Of a stretch of 64,000 nt of DNA, positions 32,362 through 52,874 are shown in pieces (within the stretch, counting starts at the first letter, position 1; each line of letters starts with the position of its first letter). The position numbers and the translations under genes are program-made. Location of the stretch: assembly GCA_964016885.1 (NCBI GenBank), contig OZ024741.1:398846001-398910000 (forward strand). Reading direction: 5' to 3'. Origin of the DNA: Eledone cirrhosa (taxonomy: Eukaryota). The notes beneath the pieces were generated by a model. That model was not told the origin of the DNA and searched no databases. It saw nothing but the letters and a program-made list of their open reading frames with translations.

Positions 32362-35335
32362 ACACTATATTATACACTGTATCATACACTAAACTATACA
32401 CTATATCATACACTATATCATACACTATATCATACACTATACCATACACTATATCATATACTATATCATACAGTATATCATATACTATATCATACACTAT
32501 ACCATATTCTATATCATACACTATATCATACTCTATATCATACTCTATATCATACACTACATCATACACTAAATATTATACACTATATCATACACTATCC
32601 CATACGCTATATCATACACTATATCATATAGTATATCATACACTATATCATACACTATATAATACACTAAATCATACACTATATCATACACTATATGATA
32701 CACTATATCATACACTATATCATATATTATATCATACACTATATTATATACTATATAATACACTATATCATAAAATATATCATACACTATATCATACACT
32801 ATATCATACACTATACCCTACTATATATCATACACTATATCATACACTAAACCATACACTATATCATACACTATATCATACACTATATCATACATTATAC
32901 CATATATTATATCATACACTATATCATACACTATATCATATACTATATCATATATTATATCATATACTATATCATACACTATATCATATACAGTATCATA
33001 CTCTATATCATACTTTATATCATAAACTATACCATACACTATACCATACACTATATCATACACTATATCATACACTATATCATACACTATATCATATACT
33101 ATATCAAACACTATATCATACTGTATATCATACATTATATCATACACTATATCATACATTATACTATACTCTATATCATATACTACATCATACTCTATAT
33201 CATACACTATATCATACATTATATCATACAATATATCATACACTACATCATACACTATATCATACACTATACCATACTCTATATCATACACTATATCATA
33301 CATTATATCATACACTAGATCATCTCTATATCATACACTATATCATACACTAAACCATACATTGTATCATACACTATATCATACACTATATCATACACTA
33401 TACCATACACTATATCACATACTATATCATACACTATATCATACACTATATCTTACACTATATCATACACTATATCATACTCCATATCATACACTATATC
33501 ATACACTATACCATACACTGTATCATACACTATATCTTACACTATATCATACACTATATCATATACTATATGATACACTATACCATATACTATATCATAT
33601 ACTATATCATATACTATATCATACACTAAACCATACACTATATCATACACAATATCATACACTATATTATAAACTATACCATACACTATATCATATAATA
33701 TATCATACACTATACCATATACTAAACCATACACTATATCATACACTATATCATACACTATATGATATACTATATGATACACTATATCATATACTATATC
33801 AGACACTATATCATACACTAAACCATACACTATATCATACACTATATCATACACTATATCATACACTATATGATATACTATATGATACACTATATCATAC
33901 ACTACATCATACACTATATCATACACTATATCATACACTATATCATACACTATATCATATACTATATCATACACTATATCATACACTATATCTTACACTA
34001 TATAATACACTATGTAATACTTAATATCATATACTATATCATACACTATATCATATACAGTATCATAATCTATATCATACATTATATCATACACTATACC
34101 ATACACTATATCATACACTATACCATACACTATATCATACACTATATCATACACTATATCATACACTATATCATACACTATATCATACACTATATCATAT
34201 ACTATATCATACACTATATCATATACTATATCATACACTATACCATATTCTATATCATACACTATATCATACACTTTATCATATACTATATCATACACTA
34301 TACCATACACTATATCACATACTATATCATACACTATATCATATACTATATCATACACTATACCATATTCTATATCATACACTATATCATACTCTATATC
34401 ATATTCTATATCATACACTATATCATACACTATACCATACACTATATCATATACTATGTCAGACACTATATCATACACTAAACCATACACTATATCATAC
34501 ACTAAATCATACACTATATCATACACTATATGATATACTATATGATACACTATATCATACACTACATCATACAATATATCATACACTATATCATACACTA
34601 TATCATACACTATATCATATACTATATCATACACTATATCATACACTATATCTTATACTATATCATACACTATATCATACACTATATCATATATTATATC
34701 ATACACTATATCATACACTATATCATACACTATATCATATATCATATCATAAACTATATCATACACTATATCATATACTATATCATAAACTATATCATAC
34801 ACTATATCATACAATATACCATACATTATATAATACATTATATCATATACTATATCATATATTATATCATACACTATGACATACTCTATATTATACACTA
34901 TATTATACAATATATCATATACTGTATCATATACTATATCATAGACTATATCATACACTATATCATATACTATATCATACAATATCTCATACACTATATC
35001 ATACACTATACCATACACTATATCATACACAATACCATACACTATATCATATTCTATATCATACACTATATAATACACTATATCATACACTATATCATAT
35101 ACTATACCATACAATATATCATACACTATATCATATACTATATCATACACTATATCATACACTATATCATATACTATATCATACACTGTATCATACACTA
35201 TATCTTATACTATATCATACGCTATATTATACACTATATCATATATTATATCATACACTATATCATACACTATATCATATACTATATCATAAACTATATC
35301 ATACACTATATCATACAATATACCATACTTTTATA
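27831..35335. repeat. Higher-order tandem duplication, 3849-bp unit (second copy 144 bp shorter)
   Basis: Offset 3849 holds for 28472->32321, 28972->32821, 29513->33362 and 30804->34653. The TACTTTT marker at 31621->35326 has offset 3705 (3849-144). Confidence 0.9.
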
Positions 35336-35339
35336 TCAT

Positions 35340-38300
35340 ACACTATATCATATACTATATCATACACTATATCATACACTATATCAAACACTATACCATA
35401 CACTATATCATACACTATACCATACTCTATATCATACAATATATCATATACTATATCATACACTATATCATACAATATACTATACACTATATCATACACT
35501 ATACCATACTCTATATCATACATTATATAATATACTATATCATACACTATAACATACACTATACCATACTCTATTTCATACACTATATCATACACTATAT
35601 CATACACTATACCATACATTATATAATATACTATATCATACACTATATCATAAACTATATCTTACACTATATCATACACTATATCATACTCCATATCATA
35701 CACTATATCATGCAATAAACCATACAATATATCATACACTATATCATACACTATATCTTACACTATATCATACACTATATCATACACTATACCATACTCT
35801 ATATCATACACTATATCATATACTATATCATACACTACATCATACACTATACCATACACTATATCATACACTATATCATACAATATATCATACACTATAC
35901 CATTCACTATATCATACACTATATCATACTCTATATCATACAATATATCATACACTATATCATACACTATACAATACACTATATCATACACTATATCATA
36001 CACTATACCATACACCATATCATATACTATATCATACACTATATCATACACTATATCATATACTATATGATACACTATATCATACACTATATCCTACACT
36101 ATACCATACTTTATACCATACACTTATCATATATTATATCATAGACTAGACCATACTCTATATCATACACTATATCATACACTAGACCATACACTATATC
36201 ATACACTATATCATACACTATATCATACACTATATCATACACTATATCATACACTATATCATACTCCATATCATACACTATATCATACACTAAACCATAC
36301 ACTATATCATACACTATATCATACACTATATCATACTCCATATCATACACTATATCATACACTAAACCATACACTATATCATACACTATACCATACACTA
36401 TATCATATACTATATCATACAATATATCATACACTATATCATACACGATATCCTACTCTATATCATACACTATACCATATATTATATCATACACTATATC
36501 ATACACTTTATCATATACTATATCATACACTATATCATACACTATATCATACGCTATATCATATACTATATCATACACTATACCATACACTATATCATAT
36601 ACTATATCATACACTATATCATATACTATATCATACACTATACCATATACTATATCATACACTATATCATACTCTATATCATACTCTATATCATACACTA
36701 TATCATACACTATACTATACACTATATCATATACTATATCATACACGATATCATACACTATATCTTACACTATATAATACACTATGAAATACTCAATATC
36801 ATACAACTATATCATACACTATATCATACACTATATCATATACTGTATCATATACTATATCATACACTATATCATATACAGTATCATAATCTATATCATA
36901 CTTTATATCATACACTATACCATACACTATATCATACACTATATCATACACTATATCATACATTATATCATACACTATATCATATACTATATCATACAAT
37001 ATATCATATACTATATCATACACTATACCATACTCGATATCATACACTATATCATATACTATATCATACATTATATCATACACTATATCATACACTATAC
37101 CATACACTATATCATACACTATATCATATACTATATCATACACTATATCATGCATTACATCATACACTATACCATATTCTATATCATACATTATTATCAT
37201 ATACTATATCATACACTATATCATACACTATATCATACACTATACCATACTCTATATCATACAATATACTATACACTATATCATACACTATACCATACTC
37301 TATATCATACATTATATAATATACTATATCATACACTATAACATACACTATACCATACTCTATTTCATACACTATATCATACACTATATCATACACTATA
37401 CCATACATTATATAATATACTATATCATACACTATATCATAAATTATATCTTACACTATATCATACACTATATCATACTCCATATCATACACTATATCAT
37501 GCAATAAACCATACACTATATCATACATTATATCATACACTATATCATACACTATATCATACACTATACCATACTCTATATCATACAGTATATCATATAC
37601 TATATCATACACTACATCATACACTATACCATACACTATATCATACACTATATCATACAATATATCATACACTATACCATTCACTATATCATACACTATA
37701 TCATACTCTATATCATACAATATATCATACACTATATCATACACTATACAATTCACTATATCATACACTATATCATACACTATAACATACACTATATCAT
37801 ATACTATATCATACACTATATCATACACTAAACCATACACTATATCATACACTATATCATACACTATATCATACACTATATCGTACACTATATCATACAC
37901 TAAACCATACACTATATCATACACTATACCATACACTATATCATATACTATATCATACAATATATCATACACTATATCATACACGATATCCTACTCTATA
38001 TCATACACTATACCATATATTATATCATACACTATATCATACACATTATCATATAATATATCATACACTATACCATACACTATATCACATACTATATCAT
38101 ACACTATATCATATACTATATCATACACTATACCATATTCTATATCATACACTATATCATACTCTATATCATACTCTATATCATACACTATATCATACAC
38201 TATACCATACACTATATCATATACTATATCATACACGATATCATACACTATATCTTACATTATATAATACACTATGTAATACTCAATATCATATACTATA

Positions 38301-41300
38301 TCATACACTATATCATATACAGTATCATAATCTATATCATACTTTATATCATACACTATACCATACACTATACCATACACTATATCATACACTATATCAT
38401 ACACTATATCATACACTATATCATATACTATATCATACACTATATCATATACTATATCATACACTATACCATATTCTATATCATACACTATATCATACAC
38501 TTTATCATATACTATATCATACACTATACCATACACTATATAACATACTATATCATACACTATATCATATACTATATCATACACTATACCATATTCTATA
38601 TCATACACTATATCATACTCTATATCATACACTATACCATACACTATATCATATACTATATCAGACACTATATCATACACTAAACCATACACTATATCAT
38701 ACACTATATCATACACTATATCATACACTATATGATATACTATATGATACACTATATCATACACTACATCATACACTATATCATACACTATATCATACAC
38801 TATATCATACACTATATCATATACTATATCATACACTATATCATACACTATATCTTATACTATATCATACACTATATCATACACTATATCATATATTATA
38901 TCATACACTATATCATACACTATATCATACACTATATCATATATTATATCATAAACTATATCATACACTATATCATATACTATATCATAAACTATATCAT
39001 ACACTATATCATACAATATACCATACATTATATAATACATTATATCATATACTATATCATATATTATATCATACACTATGACATACTCTATATTATACAC
39101 TATATTATACAATATATCATATACTGTATCATATACTATATCATAGACTATATCATACACTATATCATATACTATATCATACACTATCTCATACACTATA
39201 TCATACACTATATCATAAACTATAACATATACTATATCATACACGATATCATACACTATATCATACATTATATCATACACAATACCATACACTATATCAT
39301 ATTCTATATCATACACTATATAATACACTATATCATACACTATATCATATACTATACCATACAATATATCATACACTATATCATATACTATATCATACAC
39401 TATATCATACACTATATCATATACTATATCATACACTGTATCATACACTATATCTTATACTATATCATACGCTATATCATACACTATATCATATATTATA
39501 TCATGCACTATATCATACACTATATCATATACTATATCATAAACTATATCATACACTATATCATACAATATACCATACTTTATATCATACACTATATCAT
39601 ATACTATATCATACACTATATCATACACTATATCATACACTATACCATACACTATATCATACACTATTCCATACTCTATATCATACAATATATCATATAC
39701 TATATCATACACTATATCATACAATATACTATACACTATATCATACACTATACCATACTCTATATCATACATTATATAATATACTATATCATACACTATA
39801 ACATACACTATACCATACTCTATTTCATACACTATATCATACACTATATCATACACTATACCATACATTATATAATATACTATATCATACACTATATCAT
39901 AAACTATATCTTACACTATATCATACACTATATCATACTCCATATCATACACTATATCATGCAATAAACCATACAATATATCATACACTATATCATACAC
40001 TATATCTTACACTATATCATACACTATATCATACACTATACCATACTCTATATCATACACTATATCATATACTATATCATACACTACATCATACACTATA
40101 CCATACACTATATCATACACTATATCATACAATATATCATACACTATACCATTCACTATATCATACACTATATCATACTCTATATCATACAATATATCAT
40201 ACACTATATCATACACTATACAATACACTATATCATACACTATATCATACACTATACCATACACCATATCATATACTATATCATACACTATATCATACAC
40301 TATATCATATACTATATGATACACTATATCATACACTATATCCTACACTATACCATACTTTATACCATACACTTATCATATATTATATCATAGACTAGAC
40401 CATACTCTATATCATACACTATATCATACACTAGACCATACACTATATCATACACTATATCATACACTATATCATACACTATATCATACACTATATCATA
40501 CACTATATCATACTCCATATCATACACTATATCATACACTAAACCATACACTATATCATACACTATATCATACACTATATCATACTCCATATCATACACT
40601 ATATCATACACTAAACCATACACTATATCATACACTATACCATACACTATATCATATACTATATCATACAATATATCATACACTATATCATACACGATAT
40701 CCTACTCTATATCATACACTATACCATATATTATATCATACACTATATCATACACTTTATCATATACTATATCATACACTATATCATACACTATATCATA
40801 CGCTATATCATATACTATATCATACACTATACCATACACTATATCATATACTATATCATACACTATATCATATACTATATCATACACTATACCATATACT
40901 ATATCATACACTATATCATACTCTATATCATACTCTATATCATACACTATATCATACACTATACTATACACTATATCATATACTATATCATACACGATAT
41001 CATACACTATATCTTACACTATATAATACACTATGAAATACTCAATATCATACAACTATATCATACACTATATCATACACTATATCATATACTGTATCAT
41101 ATACTATATCATACACTATATCATATACAGTATCATAATCTATATCATACTTTATATCATACACTATACCATACACTATATCATACACTATATCATACAC
41201 TATATCATACATTATATCATACACTATATCATATACTATATCATACAATATATCATATACTATATCATACACTATACCATACTCGATATCATACACTATA

Positions 41301-44250
41301 TCATATACTATATCATACATTATATCATACACTATATCATACACTATACCATACACTATATCATACACTATATCATATACTATATCATACACTATATCAT
41401 GCATTACATCATACACTATACCATATTCTATATCATACATTATTATCATATACTATATCATACACTATATCATACACTATATCATACACTATACCATACT
41501 CTATATCATACAATATATCATATACTATATCATACACTATATCATACAATATACTATACACTATATCATACACTATACCATACTCTATATCATACATTAT
41601 ATAATATACTATATCATACACTATAACATACACTATACCATACTCTATTTCATACACTATATCATACACTATATCATACACTATACCATACATTATATAA
41701 TATACTATATCATACACTATATCATAAATTATATCTTACACTATATCATACACTATATCATACTCCATATCATACACTATATCATGCAATAAACCATACA
41801 CTATATCATACATTATATCATACACTATATCATACACTATATCATACACTATACCATACTCTATATCATACAGTATATCATATACTATATCATACACTAC
41901 ATCATACACTATACCATACACTATATCATACACTATATCATACAATATATCATACACTATACCATTCACTATATCATACACTATATCATACTCTATATCA
42001 TACAATATATCATACACTATATCATACACTATACAATACACTATATCATACACTATATCATACACTATAACATACACTATATCATATACTATATCATACA
42101 CTATATCATACACTAAACCATACACTATATCATACACTATATCATACACTATATCATACACTATATCGTACACTATATCATACACTAAACCATACACTAT
42201 ATCATACACTATACCATACACTATATCATATACTATATCATACAATATATCATACACTATATCATACACGATATCCTACTCTATATCATACACTATACCA
42301 TATATTATATCATACACTATATCATACACATTATCATATAATATATCATACACTATACCATACACTATATCACATACTATATCATACACTATATCATATA
42401 CTATATCATACACTATACCATATTCTATATCATACACTATATCATACTCTATATCATACTCTATATCATACACTATATCATACACTATACCATACACTAT
42501 ATCATATACTATATCATACACGATATCATACACTATATCTTACATTATATAATACACTATGTAATACTCAATATCATATACTATATCATACACTATATCA
42601 TATAGAGTATCATAATCTATATCATACTTTATATCATACACTATACCATACACTATACCATACACTATATCATACACTATATCATACACTATATCATACA
42701 CTATATCATATACTATATCATACACTATATCATATACTATATCATACACTATACCATATTCTATATCATACACTATATCATACACTTTATCATATACTAT
42801 ATCATACACTATACCATACACTATATCACATACTATATCATACACTATATCATATACTATATCATACACTATACCATATTCTATATCATACACTATATCA
42901 TACTCTATATCATACACTATACCATACACTATATCATATACTATATCAGACACTATATCATACACTAAACCATACACTATATCATACACTATATCATACA
43001 CTATATCATACACTATATGATATACTATATGATACACTATATCATACACTACATCATACACTATATCATACACTATATCATACACTATATCATACACTAT
43101 ATCATATACTATATCATACACTATATCATACACTATATCTTATACTATATCATACACTATATCATACACTATATCATATATTATATCATACACTATATCA
43201 TACACTATATCATACACTATATCATATATTATATCATAAACTATATCATACACTATATTATATACTATATCATAAACTATATCATACACTATATCATACA
43301 ATATACCATACATTATATAATACATTATATCATATACTATATCATATATTATATCATACACTATGACATACTCTATATTATACACTATATTATACAATAT
43401 ATCATATACTGTATCATATACTATATCATAGACTATATCATACACTATATCATATACTATATCATACACTATCTCATACACTATATCATTCACTATATCA
43501 TAAACTATAACATATACTATATCATACACGATATCATACACTATATCATACATTATATCATACACAATACCATACACTATATCATATTCTATATCATACA
43601 CTATATAATACACTATATCATACACTATATCATATACTATACCATACAATATATCATACACTATATCATATACTATATCATACACTATATCATACACTAT
43701 ATCATATACTATATCATACACTGTATCATACACTATATCTTATACTATATCATACGCTATATCATACACTATATCATATATTATATCATGCACTATATCA
43801 TACACTATATCATATACTATATCATAAACTATATCATACACTATATCATACAATATACCATACTTTATATCATACACTATATCATATACTATATCATACA
43901 CTATATCATACACTATATCATACACTATACCATACACTATATCATACACTATTCCATACTCTATATCATACAATATATCATATACTATATCATACACTAT
44001 ATCATACAATATACTATACACTATATCATACACTATACCATACTCTATATCATACATTATATAATATACTATATCATACACTATAACATACACTATACCA
44101 TACTCTATTTCATACACTATATCATACACTATATCATACACTATACCATACATTATATAATATACTATATCATACACTACATCATAAACTATATCTTACA
44201 CTATATCATACACTATATCATACTCCATATCATACACTATATCATGCAAT
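35340..44250. repeat. Higher-order tandem duplication, 4249/4285-bp unit
   Basis: Offset 4249 (35758->40007, 36453->40702, 37184->41433) switches to 4285 (37451->41736, 38855->43140, 39455->43740) after a 36-bp (3-monomer) indel. Confidence 0.9.
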
Positions 44251-47200
44251 AAACCATACACTATATCATACACTATATCATACACTATATCATACACTAT
44301 ATCATACACTATATCATACACTATACCATACTCTATATCATACACTATATCATATACTAAATCATACACTACATCATACACTATACCATACACTATATCA
44401 TACACTATATCATACAATATATCATACACTATACCATTCACTATATCATACACCATATCATACTCTATATCATACAATATATCATACACTATATCATACA
44501 CTATACAATACACTATATCATACACTATATCATACACTATACCATACACCATATCATATACTATATCATAGACTATATCATACACTATATCATATACTAT
44601 ATCATACACTATCTCATACACTATATCATACACTATATCATAAACTATAACATATACTATATCATACACGATATCATACACTATATCATACATTATATCA
44701 TACACAATACCATACACTATATCATATTCTATATCATACACTATATAATACACTATATCATACACTATATCATATACTATACCATACAATATATCATACA
44801 CTATATCATATACTATATCATACACTATATCATACACTATATCATATACTATATCATACACTGTATCATACACTATATCTTATACTATATCATACGCTAT
44901 ATCATACACTATATCATATATTATATCATGCACTATATCATACACTATATCATATACTATATCATAAACTATATCATACACTATATCATACAATATACCA
45001 TACTTTATATCATACACTATATCATATACTATATCATACACTATATCATACACTATATCATACACTATACCATACACTATATCATACACTATACCATACT
45101 CTATATCATACAATATATCATATACTATATCATACACTATATCATACAATATACTATACACTATATCATACACTATACCATACTCTATATCATACACTAT
45201 ATCATACTCCATATCATACACTATATCATACACTAAACCATACACTATATCATACACTATACCATACACTATATCATATACTATATCATACAATATATCA
45301 TACACTATATCATACACGATATCCTACTCTATATCATACACTATACCATATATTATATCATACACTATATCATACACTTTATCATATACTATATCATACA
45401 CTATATCATACACTATATCATACGCTATATCATATACTATATCATACACTATACCATACACTATATCATATACTATATCATACACTATATCATATACTAT
45501 ATCATACACTATACCATATACTATATCATACACTATATCATACTCTATATCATACTCTATATCATACACTATATCATACACTATACTATACACTATATCA
45601 TATACTATATCATACACGATATCATACACTATATCTTACACTATATAATACACTATGAAATACTCAATATCATACAACTATATCATACACTATATCATAC
45701 ACTATATCATATACTGTATCATATACTATATCATACACTATATCATATACAGTATCATAATCTATATCATACTTTATATCATACACTATACCATACACTA
45801 TATCATACACTATATCATACACTATATCATACATTATATCATACACTATATCATATACTATATCATACAATATATCATATACTATATCATACACTATACC
45901 ATACTCGATATCATACACTATATCATATACTATATCATACATTATATCATACACTATATCATACACTATACCATACACTATATCATACACTATATCATAT
46001 ACTATATCATACACTATATCATGCATTACATCATACACTATACCATATTCTATATCATACATTATTATCATATACTATATCATACACTATATCATACACT
46101 ATATCATACACTATACCATACTCTATATCATACAATATACTATACACTATATCATACACTATACCATACTCTATATCATACATTATATAATATACTATAT
46201 CATACACTATAACATACACTATACCATACTCTATTTCATACACTATATCATACACTATATCATACACTATACCATACATTATATAATATACTATATCATA
46301 CACTATATCATAAATTATATCTTACACTATATCATACACTATATCATACTCCATATCATACACTATATCATGCAATAAACCATACACTATATCATACATT
46401 ATATCATACACTATATCATACACTATATCATACACTATACCATACTCTATATCATACAGTATATCATATACTATATCATACACTACATCATACACTATAC
46501 CATACACTATATCATACACTATATCATACAATATATCATACACTATACCATTCACTATATCATACACTATATCATACTCTATATCATACAATATATCATA
46601 CACTATATCATACACTATACAATTCACTATATCATACACTATATCATACACTATAACATACACTATATCATATACTATATCATACACTATATCATACACT
46701 AAACCATACACTATATCATACACTATATCATACACTATATCATACACTATATCGTACACTATATCATACACTAAACCATACACTATATCATACACTATAC
46801 CATACACTATATCATATACTATATCATACAATATATCATACACTATATCATACACGATATCCTACTCTATATCATACACTATACCATATATTATATCATA
46901 CACTATATCATACACATTATCATATAATATATCATACACTATACCATACACTATATCACATACTATATCATACACTATATCATATACTATATCATACACT
47001 ATACCATATTCTATATCATACACTATATCATACTCTATATCATACTCTATATCATACACTATATCATACACTATACCATACACTATATCATATACTATAT
47101 CATACACGATATCATACACTATATCTTACATTATATAATACACTATGTAATACTCAATATCATATACTATATCATACACTATATCATATACAGTATCATA

Positions 47201-50200
47201 ATCTATATCATACTTTATATCATACACTATACCATACACTATACCATACACTATATCATACACTATATCATACACTATATCATACACTATATCATATACT
47301 ATATCATACACTATATCATATACTATATCATACACTATACCATATTCTATATCATACACTATATCATACACTTTATCATATACTATATCATACACTATAC
47401 CATACACTATATAACATACTATATCATACACTATATCATATACTATATCATACACTATACCATATTCTATATCATACACTATATCATACTCTATATCATA
47501 CACTATACCATACACTATATCATATACTATATCAGACACTATATCATACACTAAACCATACACTATATCATACACTATATCATACACTATATCATACACT
47601 ATATGATATACTATATGATACACTATATCATACACTACATCATACACTATATCATACACTATATCATACACTATATCATACACTATATCATATACTATAT
47701 CATACACTATATCATACACTATATCTTATACTATATCATACACTATATCATACACTATATCATATATTATATCATACACTATATCATACACTATATCATA
47801 CACTATATCATATATTATATCATAAACTATATCATACACTATATCATATACTATATCATAAACTATATCATACACTATATCATACAATATACCATACATT
47901 ATATAATACATTATATCATATACTATATCATATATTATATCATACACTATGACATACTCTATATTATACACTATATTATACAATATATCATATACTGTAT
48001 CATATACTATATCATAGACTATATCATACACTATATCATATACTATATCATACACTATCTCATACACTATATCATACACTATATCATAAACTATAACATT
48101 TACTATATCATACACGATATCATACACTATATCATACATTATATCATACACAATACCATACACTATATCATATTCTATATCATACACTATATAATACACT
48201 ATATCATACACTATATCATATACTATACCATACAATATATCATACACTATATCATATACTATATCATACACTATATCATACACTATATCATATACTATAT
48301 CATACACTGTATCATACACTATATCTTATACTATATCATACGCTATATCATACACTATATCATATATTATATCATGCACTATATCATACACTATATCATA
48401 TACTATATCATAAACTATATCATACACTATATCATACAATATACCATACTTTATATCATACACTATATCATATACTATATCATACACTATATCATACACT
48501 ATATCATACACTATACCATACACTATATCATACACTATTCCATACTCTATATCATACAATATATCATATACTATATCATACACTATATCATACAATATAC
48601 TATACACTATATCATACACTATACCATACTCTATATCATACATTATATAATATACTATATCATACACTATAACATACACTATACCATACTCTATTTCATA
48701 CACTATATCATACACTATATCATACACTATACCATACATTATATAATATACTATATCATACACTATATCATAAACTATATCTTACACTATATCATACACT
48801 ATATCATACTCCATATCATACACTATATCATGCAATAAACCATACAATATATCATACACTATATCATACACTATATCTTACACTATATCATACACTATAT
48901 CATACACTATACCATACTCTATATCATACACTATATCATATACTATATCATACACTACATCATACACTATACCATACACTATATCATACACTATATCATA
49001 CAATATATCATACACTATACCATTCACTATATCATACACTATATCATACTCTATATCATACAATATATCATACACTATATCATACACTATACAATACACT
49101 ATATCATACACTATATCATACACTATACCATACACCATATCATATACTATATCATACACTATATCATACACTATATCATATACTATATGATACACTATAT
49201 CATACACTATATCCTACACTATACCATACTTTATACCATACACTTATCATATATTATATCATAGACTAGACCATACTCTATATCATACACTATATCATAC
49301 ACTAGACCATACACTATATCATACACTATATCATACACTATATCATACACTATATCATACACTATATCATACACTATATCATACTCCATATCATACACTA
49401 TATCATACACTAAACCATACACTATATCATACACTATATCATACACTATATCATACTCCATATCATACACTATATCATACACTAAACCATACACTATATC
49501 ATACACTATACCATACACTATATCATATACTATATCATACAATATATCATACACTATATCATACACGATATCCTACTCTATATCATACACTATACCATAT
49601 ATTATATCATACACTATATCATACACTTTATCATATACTATATCATACACTATATCATACACTATATCATACGCTATATCATATACTATATCATACACTA
49701 TACCATACACTATATCATATACTATATCATACACTATATCATATACTATATCATACACTATACCATATACTATATCATACACTATATCATACTCTATATC
49801 ATACTCTATATCATACACTATATCATACACTATACTATACACTATATCATATACTATATCATACACGATATCATACACTATATCTTACACTATATAATAC
49901 ACTATGAAATACTCAATATCATACAACTATATCATACACTATATCATACACTATATCATATACTGTATCATATACTATATCATACACTATATCATATACA
50001 GTATCATAATCTATATCATACTTTATATCATACACTATACCATACACTATATCATACACTATATCATACACTATATCATACATTATATCATACACTATAT
50101 CATATACTATATCATACAATATATCATATACTATATCATACACTATACCATACTCGATATCATACACTATATCATATACTATATCATACATTATATCATA

Positions 50201-52735
50201 CACTATATCATACACTATACCATACACTATATCATACACTATATCATATACTATATCATACACTATATCATGCATTACATCATACACTATACCATATTCT
50301 ATATCATACATTATTATCATATACTATATCATACACTATATCATACACTATATCATACACTATACCATACTCTATATCATACAATATATCATATACTATA
50401 TCATACACTATATCATACAATATACTATACACTATATCATACACTATACCATACTCTATATCATACATTATATAATATACTATATCATACACTATAACAT
50501 ACACTATACCATACTCTATTTCATACACTATATCATACACTATATCATACACTATACCATACATTATATAATATACTATATCATACACTATATCATAAAT
50601 TATATCTTACACTATATCATACACTATATCATACTCCATATCATACACTATATCATGCAATAAACCATACACTATATCATACATTATATCATACACTATA
50701 TCATACACTATATCATACACTATACCATACTCTATATCATACAGTATATCATATACTATATCATACACTACATCATACACTATACCATACACTATATCAT
50801 ACACTATATCATACAATATATCATACACTATACCATTCACTATATCATACACTATATCATACTCTATATCATACAATATATCATACACTATATCATACAC
50901 TATACAATACACTATATCATACACTATATCATACACTATAACATACACTATATCATATACTATATCATACACTATATCATACACTAAACCATACACTATA
51001 TCATACACTATATCATACACTATATCATACACTATATAGTACACTATATCATACACTAAACCATACACTATATCATACACTATACCATACACTATATCAT
51101 ATACTATATCATACAATATATCATACACTATATCATACACGATATCCTACTCTATATCATACACTATACCATATATTATATCATACACTATATCATACAC
51201 ATTATCATATAATATATCATACACTATACCATACACTATATCACATACTATATCATACACTATATCATATACTATATCATACACTATACCATATTCTATA
51301 TCATACACTATATCATACTCTATATCATACTCTATATCATACACTATATCATACACTATACCATACACTATATCATATACTATATCATACACGATATCAT
51401 ACACTATATCTTACATTATATAATACACTATGTAATACTCAATATCATATACTATATCATACACTATATCATATAGAGTATCATAATCTATATCATACTT
51501 TATATCATACACTATACCATACACTATACCATACACTATATCATACACTATATCATACACTATATCATACACTATATCATATACTATATCATACACTATA
51601 TCATATACTATATCATACACTATACCATATTCTATATCATACACTATATCATACACTTTATCATATACTATATCATACACTATACCATACACTATATCAC
51701 ATACTATATCATACACTATATCATATACTATATCATACACTATACCATATTCTATATCATACACTATATCATACTCTATATCATACACTATACCATACAC
51801 TATATCATATACTATATCAGACACTATATCATACACTAAACCATACACTATATCATACACTATATCATACACTATATCATACACTATATGATATACTATA
51901 TGATACACTACATCATACACTATACCATACACTATATCATACACTATATCATACAATATATCATACACTATACCATTCACTATATCATACACCATATCAT
52001 ACTCTATATCATACAATATATCATACACTATATCATACACTATACAATACACTATATCATACACTATATCATACACTATACCATACACCATATCATATAC
52101 TATATCATAGACTATATCATACACTATATCATATACTATATCATACACTATCTCATACACTATATCATACACTATATCATAAACTATAACATATACTATA
52201 TCATACACGATATCATACACTATATCATACATTATATCATACACAATACCATACACTATATCATATTCTATATCATACACTATATAATACACTATATCAT
52301 ACACTATATCATATACTATACCATACAATATATCATACACTATATCATATACTATATCATACACTATATCATACACTATATCATATACTATATCATACAC
52401 TGTATCATACACTATATCTTATACTATATCATACGCTATATCATACACTATATCATATATTATATCATGCACTATATCATACACTATATCATATACTATA
52501 TCATAAACTATATCATACACTATATCATACAATATACCATACTTTATATCATACACTATATCATATACTATATCATACACTATATCATACACTATATCAT
52601 ACACTATACCATACACTATATCATACACTATACCATACTCTATATCATACAATATATCATATACTATATCATACACTATATCATACAATATACTATACAC
52701 TATATCATACACTATACCATACTCTATATCATACA
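36325..52735. repeat. Second-level tandem duplication of the ~4.27-kb dimer: copy 1 ~36325-45195 (8871 bp), copy 2 ~45196-52735 (7539 bp)
   Basis: A constant offset of 8871 holds from 36453->45324 through 42540->51411, then 7539 (44880->52419), implying a 1332-bp (111-monomer) deletion at ~51905. Confidence 0.9.
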
Positions 52736-52874
52736 TTATATAATATACTATATCATACACTATAACATACACTATACCATACTCTATTTCATACACTATA
52801 TCATACACTATATCATACACTATACCATACATTATATAATATACTATATCATACACTATATCATAAACTATATC

